DNA of 64,000 nucleotides from Candidatus Bipolaricaulia bacterium (GTDB lineage: Bacteria > Bipolaricaulota > Bipolaricaulia > JBHIAT01). The stretch lies in contig JBHIAT010000001.1 in assembly GCA_046758705.1 (NCBI GenBank), positions 3,963 through 67,962 of the forward strand, in the 5' to 3' direction. Both the position numbers and the translations under genes were made by a program. The notes under the pieces were generated by a model that was not told where the DNA came from, made no database searches, and was given only the letters and a program-made list of their open reading frames with translations. Every line of letters begins with the position of its first letter. Position 1 is the stretch's first letter. Of the stretch, positions 28,205 to 37,478 are shown in pieces.

Positions 28205-29086
28205 CTACCTTATGTAATACCGACTCAACCTTGAATGCTCACTTGCTACATTGGACTTTCTCTCTTTTGTGATCACTTGCGGAGGCTCTTTGCTTTGGCT
28301 TTGGGCTTCTTTCTGAGGCTCTTCTATAGTTAGACTAATGGTTCCAATTGACAGGTGAAAATCATGGATTTCAGGTTCCTTGCTTTGTTGCGACTCCATC
28401 AATTTTGGATGAGAATAAGAAGCTGCAGGCAGCTCCCTCTCACCACGGGTGACAGGTATCCTCTCTCCCATCTCCACCGTTTTACTTATATCCCTGTTCT
28501 TTATTTCTTCGTTGTCCACAATAGGTGTTTCGGCAACCCATTCCCTGACTTCCTTCAAATAAGCCTGCTGTATTTGCACCTGGCTGACTCGATCTTCTGA
28601 TTCCACTCCGGGTTTGAAAACAAGATCATCTTCGACCTCTTGACTGGCCGAGGAAGAGGGTTTATCCAAGTGTGGAACGGATTCTTTACCGACAGGATCG
28701 CTTTCAACCATCTCCTCTCTTTCCAACAATTCTCCAGCACTGATTTCACGCTTTTGGCCCTTCAATTTCACCCATTCTGATGTGCGACTTTGCGGTTCTT
28801 CCGAAATCTGTCTCTCGAACCTTTCTTCTATTGAATTCCGAATATTCTCGTCTTCGGGAATCGGAACCGAACTTTCAGAGTCTTCTCTGATACCCTCAGG
28901 AACCCCCTCAATTACCTGATCTGGTTGAGGCTCAATCAATTTTCTCTCTTCAACGTGAATCGGGGTTATCTCGTCACGTCCCTTCGACCTTATCGGAGAT
29001 AGCTCAAGGAAGCCCGGTCTGAAATCACCGCTGGGTCCGAATGTAATACCGGTTTGTTGTATTAGTCTAGAAAAATAACCTTTCAT
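28205..29086 (-). CDS. acidic low-complexity protein, possible tape-measure/length-determination analogue
   Basis: Glu/Ser-rich 293 aa (start MKGYFSRL at 29086 forms ATGA overlap with upstream stop); position after tube gene as in P2 (E/E'-T); assignment by synteny only. Confidence 0.3.
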   Translation of the reverse strand: MKGYFSRLIQQTGITFGPSGDFRPGFLELSPIRSKGRDEITPIHVEERKLIEPQPDQVIEGVPEGIREDSESSVPIPEDENIRNSIEERFERQISEEPQSRTSEWVKLKGQKREISAGELLEREEMVESDPVGKESVPHLDKPSSSASQEVEDDLVFKPGVESEDRVSQVQIQQAYLKEVREWVAETPIVDNEEIKNRDISKTVEMGERIPVTRGERELPAASYSHPKLMESQQSKEPEIHDFHLSIGTISLTIEEPQKEAQSQSKEPPQVITKERKSNVASEHSRLSRYYIR

Positions 29087-29949
29087 CGGTTTCCCTCTTT
29101 CTCGATCAGAGCTAGATAATAGGAACGTCGCCACGGAGGCAGGGAAAAAATCTGCTGTTCACTCCAGTGATAATGGAATGCTAAGTGGTGGACGGTCTGA
29201 AGGAGATTCAGTTGAGCTTCGTGCAGTTTGTGCAATGAGAGTTCTTCTAAATTGAACTCGTAATGGCCTTCCCTGCTACAGTACGGACAAGGGACCGAGA
29301 GACTGAAATTGACCAACGGGTCAAGTTCTTCCATGGTCTCATTGATGGTCTGAACCCATTCGTCGAGTATCGGGTATTCTTCATTGGATACGGCTTTCTC
29401 ATTATCAAGCACCAAAGTACGGATCATTGACTTTACCGCCGTATCTTCATCCATGAAGGAGCGCTTCAGCCATTCAAGTTGATCTCTCCCAGTCGGTCTT
29501 CGTATGAGAAGACTTTCGTCACCGATCTGGATCATAAAATGATCGGTGTCATCCGCTTGATGTTGTAAACTAGCGAGCTCGTCCATGGAAATCTCGATCT
29601 CCATCTGTTGCTGGCATGTTTCACTTGGACAACGGAGACGAACAGATAGTTTTGATGAGCTCCCTAAAGTTAAAGTGACGATGGTCAGCAAACATTCGAT
29701 CCGTTTGCCGATCGTAAGATCCCAAAAGAAGTTTAGATCGGGCGTCTCTCCATTTTTATTAATGGTATAACACTGTAGTATCTGAGTCACTAAGTGGGGA
29801 CGGACCTTCTGGTTGAAGTCGATTTCGAGATCATCTTCAAAGAATCCAAATAGTCGAAGTGATAAACCATTGTTTGAATATTTCGCTTTAATGCTGTTGG
29901 GTATTCTCGGGAATGGTGCCAGAAAGCCGTGTCTTTCGGATATCAGCAT
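29083..29949 (-). CDS. hypothetical protein with two Cys pairs (possible assembly chaperone)
   Basis: 288 aa; RCPSETC and CPYCSREG motifs; no family recognised. Confidence 0.3.
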   Translation of the reverse strand: MLISERHGFLAPFPRIPNSIKAKYSNNGLSLRLFGFFEDDLEIDFNQKVRPHLVTQILQCYTINKNGETPDLNFFWDLTIGKRIECLLTIVTLTLGSSSKLSVRLRCPSETCQQQMEIEISMDELASLQHQADDTDHFMIQIGDESLLIRRPTGRDQLEWLKRSFMDEDTAVKSMIRTLVLDNEKAVSNEEYPILDEWVQTINETMEELDPLVNFSLSVPCPYCSREGHYEFNLEELSLHKLHEAQLNLLQTVHHLAFHYHWSEQQIFSLPPWRRSYYLALIEKEGNR

Positions 29950-29988
29950 CTGAGATTAACCTCTATTCTCTATTATTATTTATTATTC

Positions 29989-30513
29989 TCAGCCGGGTGG
30001 CGGAACGTCGCTGGCTTCATCCGGCTCTTTGGTATCCACGTCGCGTTCCCAGCCTTCCAATTGAATCTGGATGGTTTCAATGGCAATAGCATTTGCGTTA
30101 GCATCGAGTTCCGGAACCGCCGTGAACTCACTGACCCAGCAATCATGGAGGAAATAACGCAGCGCAACGTGCCCCTTTTCGTTCATCACTTCGAGGGTCA
30201 ATTCCTTTTTGTAATTGACTAAGTCCATCCCAGTATCTCCGGCGTAGGGATGCACCATGTTCACCCACTTCTCAAATTCGGTATCGTGTGTTATCCCTCG
30301 TTCCATAGTGATTGCGTCGTAAGTAGTGCGCCCCGGAGACTTGTGATCGGTACTATTTTCACCGCCTTCCCGATGATTGACGACTTCTGTTGTCCTCTTC
30401 AGCGCACCGACTTTGCTGACACCCAGGACAGGTCTGCCGTCCATGATAACCCTGAACTTATAGTTCTTATACGGATCGATACGATGGGCATTCTTCACAA
30501 AACCGGTAGCCAT
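29989..30513 (-). CDS. contractile tail tube protein (gp19/Afp1-like)
   Basis: YKNYKFRVIMDGRPVLGVSKVGALKRTTEVVNHREGG...PGRTTYDAITMERG = eCIS/T4 gp19 tube consensus; AGGAGGAGG SD. Confidence 0.85.
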   Translation of the reverse strand: MATGFVKNAHRIDPYKNYKFRVIMDGRPVLGVSKVGALKRTTEVVNHREGGENSTDHKSPGRTTYDAITMERGITHDTEFEKWVNMVHPYAGDTGMDLVNYKKELTLEVMNEKGHVALRYFLHDCWVSEFTAVPELDANANAIAIETIQIQLEGWERDVDTKEPDEASDVPPPG

Positions 30514-30540
30514 TGCTGATCCTCCTCCTTAATTTAGAAT

Positions 30541-32916
30541 TTAGAGTTCACCTGCGATTTGCTGAATCTTGATGATGACAAACTCCGCTGGCTTGAGCGG
30601 AGCAAAGCCGACTTCAATGTTGACAATGCCAAGGTTCCGGTCGGCTTGCGTCGTTGTTTCGTCGTCACATTTGACATAGAACGCTTGATCCGGCGTGCTA
30701 CCCTGGAACGCCCCCTGACGGAAAAGCTGCATCATAAAGGCACCTACATTGAGCCGTATCTTGGCCCACAGGGGTTCATCATTGGGCTCAAAAACGACCC
30801 ACTGGGTGCCGCGGTAGAGAGATTCTTCAAGAAAAAGGGCCAGACGGCGGATGGGTATGTATTTCCACTCAGAGCCAATGTCGTCGGCACCATCCATGGT
30901 TCGCGAGCCCCAATTGACAATACCGCTTGGGAATTTACGCAGGCAATTAACCCCGAGTTTATTCAAAACGCCATTCTCCCTGTCGGTGAGATTGACCTCT
31001 AGGTCTAGAACACCCCTGAGGTCAGCTTCGGTTCCAGCAGGCGCTTTCCAAACTCCGCGGGTTGAATCTATGCGCGCCATCAATCCAGCAATCATCCCGG
31101 ACGGGCCGATTAATTTTTTGATGCCGGTGTCGCTATACTGAACCTTCGGATAAAAGACAGCGGAGTAGTCCTTCACGACGAGTGCACGAAGGTTATTGAC
31201 TTCTACACTGGTAGCCACTGGACGGTCAACGCTCGTCCAACTATCCGGCGCATCCATAAGAAGAAACGCGCGTCTTTGCTGACAGTAGGTACTGGCCGGC
31301 CCCCAGAGCTGCAGGTGAGTCGCCTCGTCAATGTCTCTGTCCCCTGACAAGACCATCAGGTTGAAAATATCGACGCTATCCAAGGCATGGAAGCCAGTCT
31401 GATCCGCCTCGCTTCCGACATAATCAGCAACATCAGGGGGATTCCCGTCATCGTCCTGACCGATCGTCCCGGCTCCATCCTGGAAGTTACTGGTGCCCGT
31501 CGCCCCCAGGGCGTACTGGCGTACGTTTGGCGTAAAAAGGTTCAGCCCTCCTGGTCCGATATCGGTCCCACCTCCCCCGCTGTTCCCCGTGTTAATCTGG
31601 ATGGTGTTGTTGATAGTACCCGTGGTGGGGATGAAAGCCAGGTGGTATCCCCAAACCTCGGCACGACAAGGCGAGTTCGGATCATCATTTACCGCTTTTG
31701 CAATGATTCTCGATTTTTCTCGGACGCCATCGTTGTGATCGTTGACATCTGGAGTCAGGTTGTCACGATACCATCGGTCTCCGGCAGCAGTTGTCTGCAA
31801 GTCGGTTCCCAAATCCACGGTAGTTCCAGACAAAGTAATCTGATTGAAGGCATCTTGTTGCAGCGCAACCAGACTGTTGATATCTCCTGTAAGTATGGTC
31901 GCCGTAGGAACCGGCCGGTGATTGCTGTAACGAGTCACCTCGATTCCGCCTTGGTCCAGTCCGAGCATCAGAGGCCCTGCAAGATCATTTGTTGGGCTTC
32001 TACGGATTCTGACGCTGGATTCGTTACCCGAGTCTGAGGTGATTCTGAGAACATAGATATCCCCATCAACTTGTTCCCATCCACATTCGATTGACAGTCC
32101 CGTGATGGCGGCTCCCAGTTGGGTGTTGATTTCAGCTTGTATAGCTGTTGCAGCTTCATCTCTAAAAACCCCTCCGGGAGAGTGGCTAATAGTCACTCCA
32201 GAAAGATCGATGGGGACAAATTGCTCTCCATTTACACTGATTTCAAAATGACCGGTTCCGGACAATAAATTATTAAGAGCAGTATGAAAAGTCCCACCAG
32301 GCGTTGTATCGAAGGGCCTGCGGCTTTCACTGTACCCAACAACAGGGTTTGATTCTATGTTAAATCCAGTAGCAAGATCAAGATCTATTATTTTAGAGCT
32401 CTGAGTGACAAATAATGGAGCGTAGCGTGGTGAGGTCGGATTCATAGACAGATTGGTGAAAGTCTCCGAGTTAATTACAGTTCCTCCCTCCTCATGGATG
32501 ACTGTCAAGTTGAAGGTCTCGTCAGGGTTTGGGGTGTTATAATCCACCTCAAGATGTATTCCATTCCCCCAATTGCCTGCATGTTTAGCCGTAGCTGTAA
32601 GAACATTGGTACCATTGAGGTTTTGTAAGGTTATATCCGCTTTTTCAGCGTTGTGTGCTAACCGAACTACATAACAATCCGTTCCCCCATTATTGAAGAA
32701 CTGCCTTACACTTTGTGTTAAGCCACTGGATGGATGGGCACCGCCAAATTCCCTGGTGAAATCAGATAGGCTCAAACATCTAACCGCTTTGTTAATAGGA
32801 CCTTTAGCTGTCCGCCCCAAAAAAGCTGCTATTGAAGTAGCAACACCGGTAATAGTATGTACACCACTTGGTACTTCCTCAATGTAGACGCCTGGATAGG
32901 TGGGTGTGACCGGCAT
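30541..32916 (-). CDS. contractile tail sheath protein (large, with inserted domains)
   Basis: N-terminus TYPGVYIEEVPSGVHTITGVATSIAAFLG and C-terminal sheath domain (VWKAPAGTEADLRGV...NCLRKFPSGIVNWGSRT); GGAGG SD 8 nt upstream. Confidence 0.9.
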   Translation of the reverse strand: MPVTPTYPGVYIEEVPSGVHTITGVATSIAAFLGRTAKGPINKAVRCLSLSDFTREFGGAHPSSGLTQSVRQFFNNGGTDCYVVRLAHNAEKADITLQNLNGTNVLTATAKHAGNWGNGIHLEVDYNTPNPDETFNLTVIHEEGGTVINSETFTNLSMNPTSPRYAPLFVTQSSKIIDLDLATGFNIESNPVVGYSESRRPFDTTPGGTFHTALNNLLSGTGHFEISVNGEQFVPIDLSGVTISHSPGGVFRDEAATAIQAEINTQLGAAITGLSIECGWEQVDGDIYVLRITSDSGNESSVRIRRSPTNDLAGPLMLGLDQGGIEVTRYSNHRPVPTATILTGDINSLVALQQDAFNQITLSGTTVDLGTDLQTTAAGDRWYRDNLTPDVNDHNDGVREKSRIIAKAVNDDPNSPCRAEVWGYHLAFIPTTGTINNTIQINTGNSGGGGTDIGPGGLNLFTPNVRQYALGATGTSNFQDGAGTIGQDDDGNPPDVADYVGSEADQTGFHALDSVDIFNLMVLSGDRDIDEATHLQLWGPASTYCQQRRAFLLMDAPDSWTSVDRPVATSVEVNNLRALVVKDYSAVFYPKVQYSDTGIKKLIGPSGMIAGLMARIDSTRGVWKAPAGTEADLRGVLDLEVNLTDRENGVLNKLGVNCLRKFPSGIVNWGSRTMDGADDIGSEWKYIPIRRLALFLEESLYRGTQWVVFEPNDEPLWAKIRLNVGAFMMQLFRQGAFQGSTPDQAFYVKCDDETTTQADRNLGIVNIEVGFAPLKPAEFVIIKIQQIAGEL

Positions 32917-33016
32917 AGTTTACCTCCTCTTGATAAACAATTCCTTCGTTCCGTATCCTTACCGGACCTAACAACTAAATGGCAACGTTGGTACCATTAA
33001 TTATAGGAACAGGCGA

Positions 33017-33034
33017 TGCGCAAACGCTGCGCAA
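33017..33034 (-). promoter_or_regulatory. direct heptamer repeats TTGCGCA-N4-TTGCGCA (11-bp period) about 100 bp upstream of sheath start; candidate SARP box
   Basis: Plus strand tgcgcaaacgctgcgcaa at 33017-33034; SARP regulators bind heptamer direct repeats with 11-bp periodicity near -35. Confidence 0.35.
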
Positions 33035-33087
33035 CCATCGAACTCCCGTCTCAACGGTTCTTGGAAAACATATAACCCGAATCTTCT

Positions 33088-33900
33088 CTAAATCCTCCGA
33101 CACAGGCTCTGGGTCTCTGAGGTTGGAGTTACCCCGAACTGCTCCTGGAGGACCCTATGAACCCGTTGGCACAGATAGAGGGCCTGCCCGCGATGACCCA
33201 GCTTCAGTTCTGCCTGAATTAACAAACGATAGGCCTCTTCATAGCACTCACTGATTTCCAGGATGCGATAGCAATGCGCCACAACCTGCTCGAACTGTCC
33301 TCGCCGATATTCGATCTCGGCCAGGGCCTCCAGGGCTTTGACGTACTGGTCCCGAAACCACTCCTGTTTCAGATCTACCCAGTCGTAATAGAAGCCCTGC
33401 AGATAATCCCCCCGGTAGAGGGTCACCGCCGCCTGATAGTGTTCCTGGGCGTCCTTGAGATCCCCCCGTTCGATCGCCAACCTCGCCCGTTCCAGGTGTG
33501 TCTCGAATTGAGCCACATCCAGCTGGAAAGCATGGGGAGGATGAAACTCGTAAAGACCTTTCCGATAGACGATGTAATCCTGATCCTGATGTTGCCCGTT
33601 ACAGATGCCGTTACCGTTAAGGGCCTGACGAACGTACCGAATCGTCGAGCACAGGTTGGCCCGACCTCGCTTGTAAGGGCAGTCGGGCCAGAAGGCGGTC
33701 ATCAGCCGCTCCCGGGAGGCCTGACCGTGGATGGTGAGAAACGCCAGAATCCCCTGGGTGTTTTGGGATCGCCACGCTCGGTCCGGAACCGCCGCTCCTT
33801 GTTTGAAGACCTGAAATGGGCCGAACAACCGAATCTGTAATTCCAACGCCCCTGATCCTTCCGACAGGGCCCCAGAAGAAATATAGACCGGCTTACCCAT
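33088..33900 (-). CDS. SARP-family transcriptional activator (OmpR-type winged helix + BTAD domain)
   Basis: LFGPFQVFKQGAAV...ILAFLTIHGQASRERLMTAFWP followed by BTAD-like helical repeats (YEEAYRLLIQAELKLGHRGQALYLCQRVHRVLQEQFGVTPTSET). Confidence 0.75.
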   Translation of the reverse strand: MGKPVYISSGALSEGSGALELQIRLFGPFQVFKQGAAVPDRAWRSQNTQGILAFLTIHGQASRERLMTAFWPDCPYKRGRANLCSTIRYVRQALNGNGICNGQHQDQDYIVYRKGLYEFHPPHAFQLDVAQFETHLERARLAIERGDLKDAQEHYQAAVTLYRGDYLQGFYYDWVDLKQEWFRDQYVKALEALAEIEYRRGQFEQVVAHCYRILEISECYEEAYRLLIQAELKLGHRGQALYLCQRVHRVLQEQFGVTPTSETQSLCRRI

Positions 33901-34027
33901 GGAGATACACCCCCCTATTTTTATCCGGTGTTAGGAACAACTACCGACAGATCCTCACCTCCTTGTTTTCTTGCTTAACTTCGGATTCACTATGACAGTA
34001 GGAAGTCTATCCCAGAGAGGTTGCAAA

Positions 34028-34070
34028 ATTGTTGATGCGCATTGTCAAAAATTGTCAAAACGATTGTTAA
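34028..34070. promoter_or_regulatory. four ATTGT(C/T)A direct repeats spaced 10-13 bp (two perfect tandem ATTGTCAAAA decamers) upstream of SARP gene
   Basis: aaattgttgatgcgcattgtcaaaaattgtcaaaacgattgttaa; on the coding strand of the SARP gene these read as tandem TTTTGACAAT units containing TTGACA -35-like hexamers. Confidence 0.35.
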
Positions 34071-34277
34071 TCGTGGAGATCCTATGGATCAGGGCCTCCT
34101 CAAATGCCCCCTCGCCTCCTTGGATGTTCATTTGACACAAATCATCATCCTCTTGTCAACCCAGTCACGGGAGGTGATCGGCGACGCGGTATCTGCGTGC
34201 CATTGGAGGCAAGGAGGGTAGTGCAGCAGATGAATTTTGCATGGCTTAGGCAAGATTCAGGGGATGGGACATCCGGC

Positions 34278-35786
34278 CTATCCTTCCTGCTCCTGCCTTC
34301 TCGTCTCAAGCCAGCGGCGGAACACGGGGTAGAAGAGCGAGGCCAACGAGATCAACAACAGGCTCAAGCTGATCGGTCTCTGCAAGAAGACGAGCCAGTC
34401 TCCCTGGTTCACAATCAGAGAGCGACGCAGGTTCTCTTCGAACAGGGGCCCCAGAATCAGCCCGAAGGCTACCGGCGCAATCGGGAAGTGCGCCTTGCGC
34501 ATCAGATATCCGATGACCCCGAAGACCAACATGACCCATACGTCGAAGATCGAGTTGTTCACCGAGAACGACCCGATAATGCACAGGACCATCACGGAGG
34601 TGAGCAGTATCGGTTTGGGAATCGAGAGGATGCGCGCGGACAGGCGGGCTCCTGCCAGCCCCAGGAGGGTGGTGACGACGATGGCAAAGATCAGGGCGAT
34701 GTAGACGGTGGCCACGAACGGCAGGTGATCGCGAAACAGGCCTGGGCCAGGGCGGAGACCATGGATGAGCAGACCACCCATCAACACCGCCGTCATCGTA
34801 TCCCCGGGGATGCCGAAGGTCATCATCGGGACCAGGGCGCCTCCAACGCAGGCGTTGTTGGAGGACTCCGGCGCCACGATCCCCTCGGGAATGCCGGTGC
34901 CAAAGCGTTCTGGACGGCGGGCCATGCGCTTCTCTTGGGCATACGCAATCACCACAGCGATGGCCGAGCCCGCGGCGGGAATCGCACCGATGATCACCCC
35001 GATGATCGACGATCGGATTCCAATGGGCACCAGTCGCCGCAGTTCCCGCCACTTGGGCAACACCTTATCCAATATCTTGCTGACCGGAGCGACCGCCTTG
35101 AGCTGTTTTACACCTCCCTCGAGGTTCACCAGCACTTCAGCGACCCCGAACATACCCACGGCCAGCGGGATGATCCCAATGCCCCCCATCATATCCGTGC
35201 TGCCGAAGCTGAACCGCGGGATCGAGGTCAACGTGTCTAATCCCACAGTGGCCAGCAACAGCCCGAAGATCCCACCGACCAACCCTTTAAACATCGAGCC
35301 GGGCGCGGCATACGCCAGCATGGTCAGGCCAAACAGGATCAGTGCGGTAAAATCCGGGCTCTGAAAGCTAGTGGCCACCTGCACGATGAGCGGGGCGAAC
35401 AGGACGAGGATCAGCCAGCCGAATACCCCGCCGAAGGCGGAAGCCAACGTGGCGTAGCCGATGGCCTGGCCGGCCTGCCCTTTGCGCGCCATGGGATACC
35501 CGTCGATCTGGGTCACGATTGCCCCGGGGGTCCCGGGAATGTTCACCAGGATCGCAGACAGCGAACCCCCGTAGACGCTGGCGGAGAAGACCGCGATCAG
35601 GAACGTGATCCCGGCTTCGGGATCCATGGTAAACGAGATGGGCAGGAGCACGGCCAGCGCCATGGTCGAGCTCAATCCCGGCAGCATACCGAAGATGATG
35701 CCAACGATCACCCCCAACACGGAGAGGCCGATCAGCATCGGATCGGACAGGAAGATTCCTGCCTGGGATAGAATCTGAGCGACCAC
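34278..35786 (-). CDS. tctA: tripartite tricarboxylate transporter large permease TctA
   Basis: 502 aa polytopic membrane protein with characteristic Gly-rich TctA repeats. Confidence 0.8.
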   Translation of the reverse strand: MVAQILSQAGIFLSDPMLIGLSVLGVIVGIIFGMLPGLSSTMALAVLLPISFTMDPEAGITFLIAVFSASVYGGSLSAILVNIPGTPGAIVTQIDGYPMARKGQAGQAIGYATLASAFGGVFGWLILVLFAPLIVQVATSFQSPDFTALILFGLTMLAYAAPGSMFKGLVGGIFGLLLATVGLDTLTSIPRFSFGSTDMMGGIGIIPLAVGMFGVAEVLVNLEGGVKQLKAVAPVSKILDKVLPKWRELRRLVPIGIRSSIIGVIIGAIPAAGSAIAVVIAYAQEKRMARRPERFGTGIPEGIVAPESSNNACVGGALVPMMTFGIPGDTMTAVLMGGLLIHGLRPGPGLFRDHLPFVATVYIALIFAIVVTTLLGLAGARLSARILSIPKPILLTSVMVLCIIGSFSVNNSIFDVWVMLVFGVIGYLMRKAHFPIAPVAFGLILGPLFEENLRRSLIVNQGDWLVFLQRPISLSLLLISLASLFYPVFRRWLETRRQEQEG

Positions 35787-35807
35787 TTGTCCCCCTCCAC
35801 CATGCGC

Positions 35808-36314
35808 TCAGGGCAGCGGGACCTTGATCAAAAACCGGAAGACACCGTAGAACAGACCCGCGATCGCCGCCGCCCCAAGCACAGCGCCCACCAAGCGTAT
35901 CCAGACCGGCCGGTCTTCGTCCCTCCAAGCGAAGAAGATCAACCAGAAGCCCAGAAATGCGAACGACGTATACAGGAAGCCCCACGCCGGCACCACCTTG
36001 ATGAATGCCGCCACCGTAGCGGCCATCATCGCAGGCAGGACCATCGGCTGCAGTGCGGCTTTAAGTCGATCCCAGCTCCAGGTCAAGCCGCTATCACTCT
36101 TCTCGCCGCCATTCCCTAGATAGCTGTGAGCGTAGCGCCAGACCCCAACGCCGACCAGGATCAGGCCACAGACACCCAGACCGTAAACGTACACGGTGGG
36201 AAGCAGCGCCGGCCCCACATCGCCGGTCATGCGAAAGTCCAAAATCTCATCCAGTTGGCTCCAGCCAATCAAGCTCAACGCCAAAATGGCAAGCCCGGAG
36301 AGCAAATCGGCCAA
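35808..36314 (-). CDS. tctB: tripartite tricarboxylate transporter small subunit TctB
   Basis: 168 aa, four hydrophobic segments, between tctC-like and tctA-like genes. Confidence 0.6.
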   Translation of the reverse strand: MADLLSGLAILALSLIGWSQLDEILDFRMTGDVGPALLPTVYVYGLGVCGLILVGVGVWRYAHSYLGNGGEKSDSGLTWSWDRLKAALQPMVLPAMMAATVAAFIKVVPAWGFLYTSFAFLGFWLIFFAWRDEDRPVWIRLVGAVLGAAAIAGLFYGVFRFLIKVPLP

Positions 36315-36409
36315 TTCGATCTCCTTCGCATCCCCATCGCGTCTATGCGCTGGGATGCGATACTCGGACTACACTCACCCGATGAAATTACACGGACATA
36401 GATACCTGC

Positions 36410-37393
36410 CTATTCTCTGGGGTTGTTCACCACCAGACCTAGTTCCTGCAAGATGGGGAGCAACACCGTATCGTCATTTAACCATCGATCGATGGTGTCC
36501 TGGGTCCCCAAAGGAGCGATCTGGAAGCCTGCTCTGTTGGCCGCTTCTACGAAGGCCGGATCGTTTAGTGTGGCCAAGAAGCCTTGCTCCAGGGTACGGA
36601 GACGATCCCACGGGATACCCCGGGGGCCAATGATGGAGCGCCACAGGCCTTGAACCAGATCGTAGCCTTGCTCCTGGAATGTGGGCACATCCAGCGCCTT
36701 GAAGTGACGCGATGTGTCCATGACACCCAAGATCCTGAACTTTCCTTCGTTATACAGATCGACGACGTCAGGCACGGGCACGGTGGTGCTGTCCACCTCC
36801 CGGGAGACCAGGGCCACCACGGACGGGGCAAACCCCTGGTAAGGGATCCTGTTAAGCTCGATACCCAGAGCTTGCTCCAGCATAGCTACAGCAATGAATG
36901 AGGCTCCGCCGGGCGGGTCGTTGGCGTTGAGAATCTGGCCCGGGCGACGCTCGGCGTCCCTGATGAAATCCTCCAACGTCTGCCATGGGGAATCGGAGCG
37001 CACCGTCAGGGCTGAGGACTCAGCGCCGACCAAGACGATCGGCTGCAACTGATCAATAGGGACACCGCCCTGTTGGATATACTGGCGAGCGAGGACGCCG
37101 CTGCCCACCATGCCGACGGTGTAACCATCAGGCTCTGCCAGAGACATGTTACGCGTTCCAATGCCAGCCGCTGCACCCGGCTGGTTCACCACCACCACCG
37201 GAACCCCGAAGTGACGTTCTGCATGCTGGGCGAGCAGCCGCATGATCGTATCACTGCCTCCACCTGCAGGCCACGGCACGATCAGCGTGATCTCCCGATC
37301 AGGGAAGTCACCTAGTGTCTGAACAGAAACGGCTCCCAACAACCAAACCACCGTCAAGACGACAATGAACAGCCAACTTATTTGACGCTTCAT
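36410..37393 (-). CDS. tctC: TctC/Bug-family periplasmic substrate-binding protein
   Basis: 327 aa with signal peptide; IVPWPAGGGSD... pattern typical of Bug/TctC. Confidence 0.75.
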   Translation of the reverse strand: MKRQISWLFIVVLTVVWLLGAVSVQTLGDFPDREITLIVPWPAGGGSDTIMRLLAQHAERHFGVPVVVVNQPGAAAGIGTRNMSLAEPDGYTVGMVGSGVLARQYIQQGGVPIDQLQPIVLVGAESSALTVRSDSPWQTLEDFIRDAERRPGQILNANDPPGGASFIAVAMLEQALGIELNRIPYQGFAPSVVALVSREVDSTTVPVPDVVDLYNEGKFRILGVMDTSRHFKALDVPTFQEQGYDLVQGLWRSIIGPRGIPWDRLRTLEQGFLATLNDPAFVEAANRAGFQIAPLGTQDTIDRWLNDDTVLLPILQELGLVVNNPRE

Positions 37394-37478
37394 GAGTTAT
37401 CCCTCCCTCCTTTTATGTGAAACACGTAGAAACGTCACTCATCTTTCCTGTCCTCAATCACCCCCTTTCAAAGGGACT

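Noticed and set aside
34104-35240. 378-aa plus-strand ORF and 248-aa minus-frame ORF (34306-35052)
   Set aside because: Both overlap the tctA coding region in other frames; Arg/Pro/His-rich composition typical of spurious GC-rich frames
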